64,000 bases of DNA, from NCBI GenBank assembly GCA_036172245.1, contig JAYWIR010000013.1:1550001-1614000 (forward strand). Reading direction: 5' to 3'. Under the pieces are notes generated by a model. It searched no databases, was not told the DNA's origin, and saw nothing but the letters and a program-made list of their open reading frames with translations. Of this stretch, positions 1 through 12,900 are shown piece after piece. Origin of the DNA: Raillietiella orientalis (lineage: Eukaryota). Numbering within the stretch: position 1 is the stretch's first letter; each line of letters begins with the position of its first letter. The position numbers were made by a program, and so were the translations under genes.

Positions 1-1125
1 TGCACTATTCATTGTGTAAATTCATTGAAAATACTGAGTAAACAAATCCATAGTTAACAAAAGTTCCTTCCCAGTTCTGAATTTTGTATCAGTAGGGAAT
101 TCGAATTCATCTGCTTGGTTTATTTTTCAAGTGGTATTTGGATGAAGTTTTGTAATAATACATTGAGTACAGCCAAAATTTTATCTGTTTTGCAATTTCA
201 ATGGGATCAGTGCATTTGCATTAGACATTTCTAAATGAAGTTCACATCTTGCATTTGAAACCATTTACCCTACTGTTGCAGCTGATTATGGAGTCTGTTT
301 TGTAGAACAAGATAAGGGATTTGCAGTTATTTTTCAAGAACACAGACAAAGGTACAAATGCGTACCAATTGCTATCTCATAATTTCATAAAGTGTGGGAA
401 ATACATGGTGTTAAAATAAGTATGCATTAATCGAGATTATTAAACATGCATGACATAGGGTGCAAAGATGTGAAACAAAAGTGGAAACTATATAATGAGT
501 AAATGTTTATGTAGCTGAGAAGATGAACCCACTTAGAAATTCAGTAAATTTAACTGAGTAATCATACAATCAGTTAATTGAAAATTATTCATGCTCCACT
601 TTCAAATACACGAGAGGTCGAGGGTTTTCCACTGACCATAATACGGATTTTTATAAAAACGCAAATAGAAGAAGAGTTAAGTTGTTATTATCATCGAGAT
701 GGCATTTTCAGCTTGATGAAGTCCTCAGCACAGAGGACAAAATGTTTAACCTTGGAAATTATAATATGGACAACAAAAACACAATAACAGTACATTATAG
801 ATTGGATTTATTTAAAATGTTGAATGTGAGAAAAAAGACTCCTAACAAGAAGGAATACCATGAATTAGGGAGATTTAAAGTAAGTTGAATAGTTATAATA
901 ATTTGTTTATTTTTATTACTCATTGATATCAATGACATAGTTATGTAAGCCCCATTGCATAGCATCATCTGTTTGATTGCTTCACATGGATGAACTGATT
1001 ATTTCTGCTCAAAAAGGAAATTGTTTTTTGAAACCAGATTTGTCTTTTATTCTTATGCAAACAAATACTTACTCTGACTATCAGATAGCAAAGTTTCTTG
1101 TAGTCATTCTGATTTCAATATATAT

Positions 1126-4100
1126 ATGAATTTAGTTATACCTGAAGTAGCAGTCACAGCTGCAGCCATTCTTGTGAAAAGTGAACCAGGTGTTATGCAG
1201 ACAGTTCATCCCTACTCCTTGCCGACATATTCCTCCCATTCCTCTGCAGGAATTCATGCAGGATCTACTTCTGGCCCTTTGCATGGTTTGGCTACAATGC
1301 ATAGCCAGTCACATTCTCCTCAACTTCGGCATAAAGTCAGCATATTCATTGAGTCAAGTTGTTTTATTAAATCATTGTAGATTCCAGGTGCTGTTATTCC
1401 TGCAATGGGATCAGGTCCTGGTACCCAGCCTTTCCAGAGATTAAAAGTTGAAGATGCTCTGTCGTACCTAGATCAGGTGAAATTCAAATTCTCCAATCAA
1501 CCACAAGTATATAATGACTTCTTGGATATCATGAAGGAATTCAAAAGTCAAAGGTTTGGGATTTAGTTCTGTCATACAGAGATCTGAGTATGTTGTATAT
1601 TCAGTATTGATACTCCAGGAGTAATTGAACGAGTATCTAATCTTTTCAAAGGTCATCCTGAACTTATTGTTGGTTTTAACACATTTCTCCCTCCTGGTTA
1701 CAAGATTGAAGTTAGTATATATATATACGTATATGTATATTTTTCTTGGTGATGTATTAATTATGTTCAGGTTTCTACAAGCACCCCTGGACAGATGACC
1801 CAGACTGTGTACACACCTTCAGGGATTCATACTCAAACTCATACCAACCCTAGCCCTCCAGTCACTTCTCCTTTATCAACTCGTGCTACCACGTTACCGA
1901 TTTCAGGAAGGTCTGTTATGAGAGTAACATTTATTTGAGACTGCTGTATTGTTCACAATAGTGGAATTGCACAAGCAGCAAGTTTCCCTGTACCAAACAA
2001 TAGCCTTGCAGCATCACCTCTAGCAGCTCCTCCTCAGAATCAGCCTGTGGAATTCAACCATGCTATAAATTATGTAAATAAGATAAAGGTATGTTTTGTG
2101 TAGAAAAGCTTTTTGCACATTGTGTTTGTTGATAATTTGGTTAGAGTCGTTTCCAGGGACAGCCAGATATCTATAAGCAGTTTTTAGAGATTTTGCACAC
2201 TTATCAGAAGGAACAGCGTTGTCAGAAAGAAGGCACACTTCCCATTACAGGAAGAACACTTACAGAAGCTGAGGTGTATGCTCAAGTTGCTAAACTGTTC
2301 CAGAACCAAGAGGATCTACTTCTTGAATTTGGACAGTTTCTTCCAGATGCAACAAATGGGTCATCCACATTGGTAGGTGTTGTCACCATGTTGCAAAAAT
2401 CGGAAATACTGTCATTCAGGGAGATGCTTGGAACTCCCTAAAGGCTGCTAAAAAGGCAACAGGTAAAATTACCAATGACCATTCAGTGAGTGCCAAAAAA
2501 ACACCTGCCAAGCCTGTACCAGCTGCCAACAATGTTTCCCATTTGCCCACTTCTGGATCACCCACCCTCATACCAATGTCTACAGTTGTCAGCAGTCCCA
2601 CCACCACAGTTCCGGTGATAACTACTGCCAAGACAGCTCTTCCTTTAAAAAGATGCCATGGTACTTCTAACATGGTAGCAGGTTCACCTGCAGTTAAACG
2701 TGCCAAAGTGCACATGCTGAAAGATGTGTCTTTATCTGAGGCGGGACGATATGGCACTTTGAATGAGTATGCGTTTTTTGATAGGGTAAGTGTCTATCAA
2801 TAAGCTGAAAAGCATAACTAATTTTTCTGATAGGTGCGCAAAGCACTTCGAAGTACAGAAGTATATGAAAACTTTCTCCGTTGTTTAGTGCTGTATAATC
2901 AGGAAGTAGTTTCACGTACAGAGTTAGTTCAGCTAGTGCAGCCTTTCCTTGGAAGGCATCCAGAGCTGCTTCGTTGGTTTCGCAGCTTTGTTGATCTTCA
3001 GGATGATACAAGTGCTTACTCTGTGGAATCATTGCCTGGCTCGTATGCCAAGCAAGAGAGAGTTAGTAGTGACCTGGCCATGGAAATAGATTATTCAACA
3101 TGCAAACGACTTGGAGCCAGTTACTGTGCTCTTCCGAGGAGTCATATTCCTCCTCGCTGTTCAGGCCGAACACAGTTATGTCGTGATGTCCTGAATGATA
3201 CTTGGGTTTCATTCCCTTCCTGGTCAGAAGATTGTCAGTTTGTGACCTCCCGCAAAACACAGTTTGAAGAGTATGTTTACAGATGTGAGGATGAGCGCTT
3301 CGAGGTAAACAGTATGATACAAGAATGCATGGAAATGTGTGCGCTTTTTTCTTAGTTGGATGTGGTCATTGAGACCAACTTGGCTGCTATCCGTGCATTT
3401 GAAGGTTTGCAAAAAAAATTTACTCGAATGGGTCCAGAAGAAGCTGCCAAGGTACACTTGGATGATACCTTGGGAGGGACATCGGCCGTTATTCAACAGA
3501 GAGCAGTTAAAAGAATTTATGGTGATAAGGCAGCGGATGTGATTGAAGGCTTGAAACGCAATCCGGCTGCCTGCATACCTATTGTCTTACGTCGCTTGAG
3601 GACCAAAGATGAAGAGTGGCGTGAAGCAAGGAAAGGATTTAACAAAACTTGGAGGGAGCAAAATGAGAAATACTATTTGCGGTCCCTAGATCATCAGGGA
3701 ATTACATTCAAACAAACAGACATCAAAAATTTGCGCTCTAAAGCACTGTTGGCCGAGATTCAAACTCTTTGTGAAGAGCAAAGAGAGCAGTTGGAAGATG
3801 GAGCTGGTGGTGATAATGTTCATGGCCCTCATCTTGTTATGTCGTATCCTCGTGAACGGCAAGTTCTCACTGATGCGGCTCATCTCTGCATTCACCATGT
3901 GAAGAGACAGACGGGTATCAACAAAGAAGAGAAGCAGAAGATAAAGACTTTGTTGCGTCGTGTGTTACCTGATTTATTCCAGTACCCACGTCAGCAATCT
4001 AGTGATGATGAATTTGATGATGACGAATTAGAAGATTGCTTTGCCCAAAGCAGTTCTCCACAAAAGTCTGCTTCTCTTGATAAGGGTGCTGGAGGAGATG

Positions 4101-5272
4101 CATTAGATATTATTGTGAACGGAAATGATGGTGTTTGTGTCCATCCAGATGAAACTTATGTGTTCTTTATGGCCAATAGGCACTGGTATGTGTTCTTGCG
4201 TTTGCATCAGATTCTCTGTGAAAGACTGGGACGGATCCATCATTGTGCTCTTCAATTAATAGAGGAGGAAGCACAGGATGGGTGCTCTCAAAAGGAGTCC
4301 ACTGCTCTTGCATTGCGTCTGAAACCCAAAAGTAAGCATGCTAAGACTTTTTTTTTTTTTTCTTGCATTTACTGTTGCACTTTTTGCAGATGAGATAGAA
4401 GTGGAGGACTATTATCCCACTTTCTTGGAAATGGTACGAAATTTGCTGGATGGAAACATTGAACCTGGAACGTACGAGGATGCCTTGCGAGACCTTTTTG
4501 GCATTCATGCATATATTGCATACACTCTGGACAAAGTCATTGGCAATGCTGTACGACAGTTGCAGCATCTTATTCTTGACAAGCTCTCCCTGCAATGTAC
4601 TGAGCTGTTTCAGCAAGAGCAACGGAGAGGTGCTACAGGAGGATCTTGTAGTACTGCATATTATAGGCAGAGTGCTGAACAGAGTTATCAGAAGTGTGCT
4701 GAGCAGTTGCTTGGTGATGAGGGTTGTTTTAAAGTGTACATTGTGAGTTCAGTTTTGTAGGTTTCAGGGTCAATGCTTTTGTTTTCAGTATAAACAGGAG
4801 TGTCAGATGACAATGGAATTGTTGGATGGCAATTCCAGTACTTACGATACACCATTGCAAGCAGATCGTTTCTCTGAATATTTAGATAAGTACATGTTGG
4901 ATGCAGACTCTCCTTACTTGTCTCAGAAACCTGTGTTTCTAATGCGCAATTTACGTCGAATGCTCTGGGCATCTAGGTAGGTTCACATAAATGATCAGCA
5001 TTAGTCATTTTTTCTTTTGTGTTTTTTGTTCCTTTATTTTTTTTAGAAAATGCCACATTGCCAATGATATTCATGTGCATATGCAGCCCCATTCTCTTCA
5101 TATGAACTTCAGTGGCAGTAGTCAGAGTCTTTTGTACAAAAAAGGATCTCTCTATGCTGCACGCCAGTGCCACCATATTATCAGTGAGCGTTTACGCAAA
5201 CGGTTTCATTTGTGGCATTCCCATTGGTTGAACACCAAAGTGACAGATAATAATGCCCTCATTAATGTATGA
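1126..5272 (+). CDS. Sin3A: Paired amphipathic helix corepressor Sin3A; 5' end uncertain
   Basis: Exons: 1136(or ATG 1126)-1335, 1381-1553, 1605-1710, 1771-1910, 1962-2088, 2145-2372, 2420-2785, 2834-3304, 3356-4331, 4390-4742, 4789-4976, 5047-5272; all GT-AG and phase-consistent. Motifs: PAH1 [17 protein letters not shown]...[33 protein letters not shown]2 [19 protein letters not shown]3 [21 protein letters not shown]-interaction domain [12 protein letters not shown]...[14 protein letters not shown]. An AG acceptor at 1134-1135 means the true start may lie upstream. Confidence 0.96.
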
Positions 5273-5548
5273 ACTGGCTGCTCAGCCATGTGGATTAGTT
5301 TGTATCCAGTAGGACAAGCATGTGTATAAACACTGAAGCCACCACCCATTTCCCACTCCCCTAACAGAGCTCCTTATTTGTGGCTAAATCATTTACCACG
5401 TCGAGTGGCTGTGAATTGAAAAGTGCCAAGTTTTGCTAGTCATGAAAAAAACTTTTCAGCAAACTTGGTTTTTATTGAACTGAGAATCAAACTCTAGAAG
5501 TGGAGGACAGGCCCCTTACTTTCTAGGAGATTCCAACATTCCGTCCAA

Positions 5549-5554
5549 AATAAA
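5549..5554 (+). terminator. Candidate polyadenylation signal for Sin3A
   Basis: AATAAA about 280 nt after the Sin3A stop codon. Confidence 0.35.
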
Positions 5555-5599
5555 TTACCTGATTTCCTAAGTCATTCTCACTCTCGAAGTAAAGATCAA

Positions 5600-6275
5600 A
5601 AGCCTAGTCTCCACCAAACGTCCCTGCACAGACATACCCAGTTTTCGACGTAGAACACGAATGCGCGCGCACACAACCGCGAGAGGCAGTAAACACAGAA
5701 CAGGTTTGCATACTCGGCCAAAAAAAAAAAAAAAAAGGAAAAAGGATGCGAATGTGGAACTTTGAAATTTAAACTTTCAATTTCAATTCTGATTTGCGGA
5801 TTCGTTGGGAAACTTTCGGAGCGGGTGTTGACCAAGGTTTTTTTTTTTTGCATCGCATGCACTTGGTTCCACGTATCCACGAGCCGCGGAGAGCGCGTTG
5901 CGTGCTGAATGGCGGGGGAAAGAGAAAGAAAGAAAGAAAAAGGAAAAAAAAGGGAAGCGAGCGCTGTGGCAGCGCAACCGGCTGCTGCGCGGGGGGAGAT
6001 AGGTTTTCCCAGGCCACTGTGTACCTTGTCGCCCGAAGACCAGCCAACCGCGTGCTGCCACACCGTTGCCGCTCTGCTCCTCACGTCGGTCGAGCGCGGC
6101 TCGGCGGCGACCTTTGCGGAATGCAAGAAAAAGACCTGATCATTTGATAGGTGATGCTGACAGAGTGTGTGATGGCTGGGTAGCTGCCACGCTCGTTGCA
6201 CCTCGGCATGCGTTTGCAGTGTGGAGACCAGTTCTAAGCAGGGAGTGCGGTTTCCGGCAGCCTCCGTCCAGTACG
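5600..6275. promoter_or_regulatory. GC/CpG-rich promoter region of the Canopy gene
   Basis: Abrupt rise in GC and CpG directly upstream of ATG 6276, compared with the CpG-poor Sin3A body. Confidence 0.5.
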
Positions 6276-7094
6276 ATGAGGTGCTGCTTCTCCGTGTCCA
6301 TTTGCCTGATCTCTGTGGCAGTGGTGGCGGTGTTGTGTGACAAGGAATTAAAATGCCTGGGTGAGTAGGTTCGGGCCGCCCTCGTAGTCGTTGGCTGAGG
6401 GTAACGGCCCTCTTGCTGACAACGTGTGACGGTGCGTTCACACATTCCGTTCGAAATGCTGGGGTGTGTGCCTAATCGTTTCCTCAGTCTGCCAGAAGCT
6501 GGTGGAAGAAATCGAGGCCGAAATCGACTTGGTGGATCCAAATAAGAAGGTCAACGTTGGCACCTTCCGGTTGGACCATTCAGGTGATCAACGGAGCGAC
6601 TTGGTAGGGTTTTTTTTTTTTTTTTTTTTGCATACATACACACACACACATATATGTATATTTTCCTTTTAGAAGCAATATGCTCGCTCCGCAATCCATC
6701 TGATGGAATTGCTAGAATCCGTGTGCGAAAATTTCAAAGATTATGCAGAAGCTACATACAAGAAAACCGATCAGAGGACTCTAATACGGCTGGTTCGCAA
6801 TGATGGGAACATGAATCCCGATACCAAGGACGTCAATTTCGTGCAGACCGATGATTTGAATACCAGGCTCAAGTTCTACGTACGTAAGCCAGCCGTAATT
6901 GCATTTCGAAATTTTTTTTTTTTTTTCTTCCTCCCCCTTTCCAGTGTGAAAACATCATTGAAGATTATGAAGATGACATCACTCGCCTGTTTCGCAACAA
7001 TACTCCCGACGTGGACGTGCAGTTGTGTTCCAAAACTGCTCACCTTTGCAATGTTACTACACCTTTTGAAGATCCTTTGAAAGAAGAATTGTGA
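6276..7094 (+). CDS. CNPY2: Canopy-family (CNPY2/seele-like) saposin-like ER protein
   Basis: Exons 6276-6360, 6488-6603, 6673-6879, 6945-7094. Signal peptide MRCCFSVSICLISVAVVAVLC; KCLVCQKLVEEIEAEIDLVDPNKKVNVGTFRLD; YARSAIHLMELLESVCENFKDY; LKFYCENIIEDYEDDI; C-terminal KEEL ER-retention motif. Confidence 0.9.
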
Positions 7095-9658
7095 TGAAAA
7101 ATGAATGCATTTTCGTACAACTCTGTGCCGTGTACGCACCTACACGTCTTGTGCGCGCACCAAGCGTGCCGATGCAGATTACAAATCTATCAAAATTAAA
7201 TCAAGAGTGTTTTAAAAGGTGTATCTTGTTAATGTGGTGTCCAGAGTACTTAACTTCATTCGTTTACCTGATCAAGTTGTTGCCTTTCACAATGGTGACG
7301 TTGTTTATTGAATATAGCTTTTTTTTTTTTTTTTTTTTTTATAATACACCGTACGTCATTTATCATTTGTTTTTGCTCCTTCATACACACACACACACAC
7401 ACACACCCATGTATCATATATATGTGTAAAGATTTAAAGTAAACTGGAGTGATTTAACCAGTAATAACATAAATTAACATGATATCAAGTGTTTTCAAAT
7501 GCCATTCTGCTACTCTGTGGCTTGTGCAAGAGCGCATGAAACAAATGTGATATGGGTGCAATTTTCACAAGGAAAACAAGTATTCAGTGATGGAGAACTT
7601 GATTCATTCTTTCAAGAAATCCCTCAGCTTGATAAAGGAAAAAGTCGAAATGCATTGTTTATTTATTAACCTCCAAAGTGCTTGATGAGTACACCTCCAT
7701 GAAACCGAAATGAAACAGTAAGGCTCACGATTTGCAAGAGCAGTGACTGCAACAACGACGAAAAGCAAAAGCAGAGCAGTCCATTTTTTAACGATTCTGA
7801 AGCATCAGTACATGCTAAGGACAAAGGGTAAGTTTTCAGTTTGGTTGACACAGAAGAACCACCAGCAACAGTAGCAGCAAACCATCAGACTTGGGGACAG
7901 GCAGCACTTCTCAGAAATGATGATTCCCCCCCTCCCCTTTGGGAGCATTTTCAAGCTGCACTTGATGGATAGGGGGAACCTGCTCCCCTGTTTGCCCATG
8001 AACCTACATCTAATGAGCCAGAAAGCATGTCATGTTTTTCTGGCTCGTGAGATGAGGAAGGCTATGAAGCATAAATAAGATTTCTTCCCTGTTGTTGCAT
8101 GTCAACAAACTCTACGAAAATTCCATTTTTCCACATACTATCCTTTGGTTGCTCATGTGAATTTTCGAAAATCAGGTGCCTATGACGCCAAAACATATGC
8201 ACCAGGTATGTTTCCTAAAGACTGCACAGTGCTTTTGTTGCACAATTTCTGCAAACCTTGTGATTGACAGCAATGTTTTTCACCTTCTAATCAAACTGAA
8301 TTAATTAACGCTGCTCTTAAATTGAGAACCATCTGCTCCTACAACCTGCTCTGAAAAGCAAGACATAGATAGGTTGTGAGTGCCATTCTTAGTTTCTGTT
8401 GTTAATGGTGGACCTTGAAGACATCATTCTTTCCCTCATAGCACGGGTGTCGGAAAAAACTGGGCAGTCTTCATGACTAACTCAAATAAATGACGAATCA
8501 CGTAGCAATACGTGAAAAACCGGAAGCTCCTGTCTTGCTATGGAGGAGACATCCAGGCACTTGTGGCAGTGAAGCAGCAGTCTTCTCCATTCGTGTTTGG
8601 AGTTTTCACTGTTCAAGCTTGTTTGCTTCCAACTTGGGTCTCTTGTGGACCACGTCGCCGGAACCATCGCCCCGAATTACTTCTGAAGCTTGGAGAGGAG
8701 GCTTGAGGGAACATTCTTGATAGCTACTTAAGCCTTTAGATAGATCTTGTCTTCGATGGGCCCAAAAGGATATTATGTGTTTTCTGCCTCTTCGTCCAGA
8801 GTTTCCCAAGGCGGTTCCAGCTGCCCTTATCTGTCTTTGTATGTGTGCGCCTCTCTTCATTCCAAATGTGTAGTGAATCGATATTCTTTGAGTCACATCG
8901 ATGGAAAGATTCCACGAATCAGCATGCGGATGCACTTCCTAAACAACAGATTAGTATTAGTGTTTGTTCTCTCTCCCATGAAAAAACATGCGCAAAGTCT
9001 TGCGCGAACTTCAAGGAGGAAAAGCTCGTTTTGGATCTCCACCGAAACTACTTGCCCACCTGGCTGCATTGACAGCAGTGCTGACGAACAGTTTTCTGTA
9101 CACACTTCGTTTTTTTTTCTTTTACGAAGCAACGATATTCAAAGCTTTCCAGTTAGAGATTATCACCGATCGGGTTGCATCTCTGGCACCGAGGGCGACT
9201 GCTGTTCACATGATACGGATATGGGCCCTCGGCGCCGCACTCCCTCCGTACTTTCAGTGATAATTTAGCTCTGAATCGGGAACGAGACGGTGCTGCTTAC
9301 AAAGGAGGGAAGGATGGTGGTGGGGGATGCATCAGCATCTGCAGATGGAGACGGACACAACCTTTGCGGTGCGATCTGCAGTTTCTCACCTTTCCAGAAT
9401 GCAGTTCTTGCACAAAGCAGGTTTTGGCAGATCCGGGGGCGCGGAAAACGGGACGAAGAGGAGATGACAGTCACGGATGCAATCACATGGTTTGCTAGGG
9501 TGGCGCATTATCTGACCTTTTTCTTACTTACACAGGGCCGCGGCTAAAGCCCTGGCCCTTTTGATAGCCAGCTCTTGGTTCTTCCAGTATTTCATGCATT
9601 GCATCATCCAACCTTTCAGTAATCTTTATTCTTGCTTCAAATTCTAAATTTTCAGCAC

Positions 9659-9955
9659 GAGCTAGCGCAACCTTTATTTTCTGTTGCAGATATTGGCAGT
9701 GACCGAGTAAAGTAAAGTCAATGACAATTCAGTTAATGCTTTCGCAATTAACAATAACAGTATTTTTCATTCATTTAGGGCTTTTGGAATGCTCGGCTAA
9801 ACCCTATGTCCTGCTTTGTATATTAGCGCATGAGATTGCTCATATATCCACTGGCCATGCATTAGCGATGGTTAGTTATATGGTAGGGCTGGTCGCTACT
9901 ATTATTATTAACCCTCAGATTGCTAGCACCATTTTGCTAAGTGGTGTAACGCTCA
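9659..9955 (+). pseudogene. Frameshifted, intronless bacterial-type M48 (BepA/YfgC-like) metallopeptidase fragment; candidate endosymbiont-derived insertion
   Basis: Reads ELAQPLFSVADIGSDRVK / VNDNSVNAFAINNNSIF / IHLGLLECSAKPYVLLCILAHEIAHISTGHALAMVSYMVGLVATIIINPQIASTILLSGVTL across two frameshifts (~9710 and ~9765). It has the NAF, GLL and HEXXH motifs in M48 order. Confidence 0.7.
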
Positions 9956-9959
9956 GGAT

Positions 9960-12900
9960 GGTTAAAAAACATGGAAACGGGGCGCAGTTACCGGAGGTAG
10001 AGCCTTGCAACCGAATCATCTCCAAACTGCGAGTCACTCAGTGAGGAAGGTGCCCCCGGCGGAATAGCGTTTCCTTATCAAAGGTGCGGTCAGTTGCTTA
10101 GCGAAATGACCCGCTTTAGTAGCAACGAGCGACATCAGCATAGTTTTTTTGTTTTCTTTTGAGTTTTTCTCCAAAAGCATCCTAGCCGACGGCCATTCGG
10201 CACAAGCGTGTAGCAACGGTTACCGCCCGCCCGTAGGAGTCCGGTGCCTGGATGCCGGGATCGATACGCGCGGCTCCCTTCTTTGATGTACCACACTCAC
10301 CGACGGAAGCAATGATCAGATCCCCCCGTGTCTGACCCTGCAGAGGTGCTGGCACGGAAGAGGAACCGATCAGGAGTTTGCGCTTTCGCCTGTATCCATC
10401 CCGAAACCACCGGACCGCGCAGCACACGGACGTTCGAATGTGTTCACTGGGAAGACTCGCCTCCAGGAAGGACGAGTGCTGCTGTCTTGGCAGCAGCAGC
10501 AGAGGACCCAGAGCACGGCAAGCGTACGGGAGGCGAGCGACCGCACGTGCAGGGTGTGTTCCGTGTTCGCGTGGTGACTCGATCGAATTCCTGGCCGCCG
10601 CCTGCCTCCGGTTGCGATGGGAGAAGGGGGCACGTTCCAGCCTTGCACTCCCCAGTCCAGTTCGATCCAAAGCCGAGCAAGAAAGGAGACGAGCAGGATT
10701 CCCCTCCAAGCACGTCGCGCTACGTGCCTCGTCACCGGACCGTCCCGCGGGTGGGAGCGAACCCGTAATCGCGCTGTCGACTGCTGTACGTCGGGGAAAA
10801 GGCGCACTCAGCCGAGCGGGGGGGGGGGGGAGATAAGTGAAAATCCCGCTAACCAACATCCTGAGTGTTCCGCATTGGGTGCACTTGTTGTTTTATCTTT
10901 TTTCCATCCTGAGTGGAAGGGAGATTGGGAGGGGGGGGGGGAGAAGAGAACGCACTGCGGAGGGACCGGCGTTCAGCAAGCGCGCGCGTCAGAAGCGTTC
11001 CAACCGTGCGATTGCTGCGACGTCACCCCTGCGGTTGTTCAACAGATGTCACGGATGTGCCGAGGGCAACTTAGCTCCTCGCTCTATGGAGCACGGAAAG
11101 CCTCGCCGCCGCTCTGCTCTTCATCTTCGAACGCGCTCGTCGCCATGGAAACGTGCGCGCTCCAGCTTTCTCGCTTTCGGTGCGAGCCTACCGGACCCCT
11201 ACGCCTCTGTATCGCGTGCTCGCTGCACGCTCCGCGCCTTCCAGCCGGGAGCGGGTGGAAGTTACGCTAGGGATAGTAGCCGAGCGGAAACAGCTGTCTC
11301 TCTCCCGTTGCCCGGCGGTCGAGCGACCTCGCAGCGATGCGCGCCATCGGCGAATGCTGTTTGGAGCTCACCGGGGCACCGGGGGCAGACAGAACCCTCC
11401 CTATCAGTTGGGCACACGTGCAGAACGCCCACCACGTTCTGGCTGCCGCAGCGTTGCCTTTTCTTGGGCACTCCGTTAGCTCGATTTCCTTCCGGGAATC
11501 CCGGAGGCACTGCGGGAAAGACGAGTGGCCTCGAGAGTGGTCCCATTCGCGGGTGCCACAGGTGCGCGTAGCTCAGCGAAGCCAATCGATGCCGAGAGGC
11601 AGGCAGCTCGTTGCGGCGGCGCCTGTAGGAAGAATTCTCCAAGTTCTCAGACGGTGCAAGCAGCGCTGGGCACGGAGCGGTTGCTTGCATTTCCTTCATG
11701 GCGGCGGAACGTTTAGTTGCGCGGGGACTCCGCAGATGGCAGGTCTACGCTGCCTTGCCCCAGAGGTGGAGCGAATGGAAGTACACTTCAGTTGCAGCTC
11801 ACTCTCTAGGTCAATGACGGTGGGCTAAAGGCTGATTGTCGCGCTCCTTCCGTTCCCGTTCCCGTGGGAGCGATCTTTCCCGGAAGAGGCTACGGCCTCT
11901 CCGAGAGCAAGGTAGCATGTTGCTTCGTGCATCTCGCAGCCTGGAAGGAGTGGTAAGATGCCAAAGGTGCGCCGCAAAGGTACCTTCCAGCGCTCGCCCT
12001 CTTTCCAGTATCCTTCGCAGCGGACATCCTTTTTTTGAAAAGAATTCAGTGGAAACCTCCCTTGGAGGTCCGCAGACCTAGGCAATGGCTGCTGCTACCT
12101 TCGGGGTGCTCGCCCGGTCCAGTCGACGTGCATGAGAGACGATGCCCTCTCAGCAGACGGCGGAGGGAGTTTCGCTCCTCCCCGTCGTCGTCTGCGCGGG
12201 AGAGTGTGGGTTACTGCCGCGTCCCGAAGCAAAGATAGGAAGGAAGGGCGTTGCCCGGGAAACGAGGAAGGATAGCGATTCCCTCTGGTTTCTGCGTGGA
12301 GCGAACCGTCCGCCACTGGTTGTCTGGAACCAGTGCCTAGGAAGCTCGGCGCTTCCTAGAAGACGGCCGTAATGCCGCCCAAGTGCGAACCTGGAACCCA
12401 TAGTCTCTCATCCACCAAATCCAGGAACCTCCCTCCAGCTTGAAGCAACAGCTCGAAGGGCTTCTCGCCTGGACCACGTGGCCACGAGCTCGCGAGACTG
12501 CCTCGTTCACGAGGTATTCTCAGTCCATCCTCTAGCTCATGCAGTGCGGCATGTGGCATCTCGCGGGAGGTGCTCCAACTACGAAACGTTCTTCCTCAAG
12601 TTCTCCGCTGCTTCGCTACGGTACATCGAACGCCATCTCCTCCGCGCGCATCCTGGAAACCGTTTCGAACCCAGTTGCTTCTCCGATTCTCTCCATCGCG
12701 CAGGATCCCTGGAGGCTTGGCTCCACGGAAGCAGTTTAGGTGAGGCCTTTTCGACCAATCGGAGCAACGAATTTTCCCCAAAGTCATTGTCGATTCTTTG
12801 GAAATCTACCGCCTGCCTAGGCGTCACTTCAAGATCCTTTTGAGAACTCTCTTGGAGGGGGTTCGCGCGCAACGACTGGCTTTCTCCCGTGGGTCACAGC

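Noticed and set aside
5861..5885. ERSE/UPRE-like CCACG motifs upstream of Canopy
   Set aside because: They do not match CCAAT-N9-CCACG or ATTGG-N-CCACG spacing
5596..6441. 281-aa minus-strand ORF overlapping the Canopy promoter and exon 1
   Set aside because: It runs through poly-A/T tracts, has no family motif and is explained by high GC content
9560..9640. LVLPVFHALHH as a KDZ-transposase or OMA1 N-terminal motif
   Set aside because: No supporting catalytic motifs nearby; the opposite-strand frame and the bacterial-type M48 reading fit better
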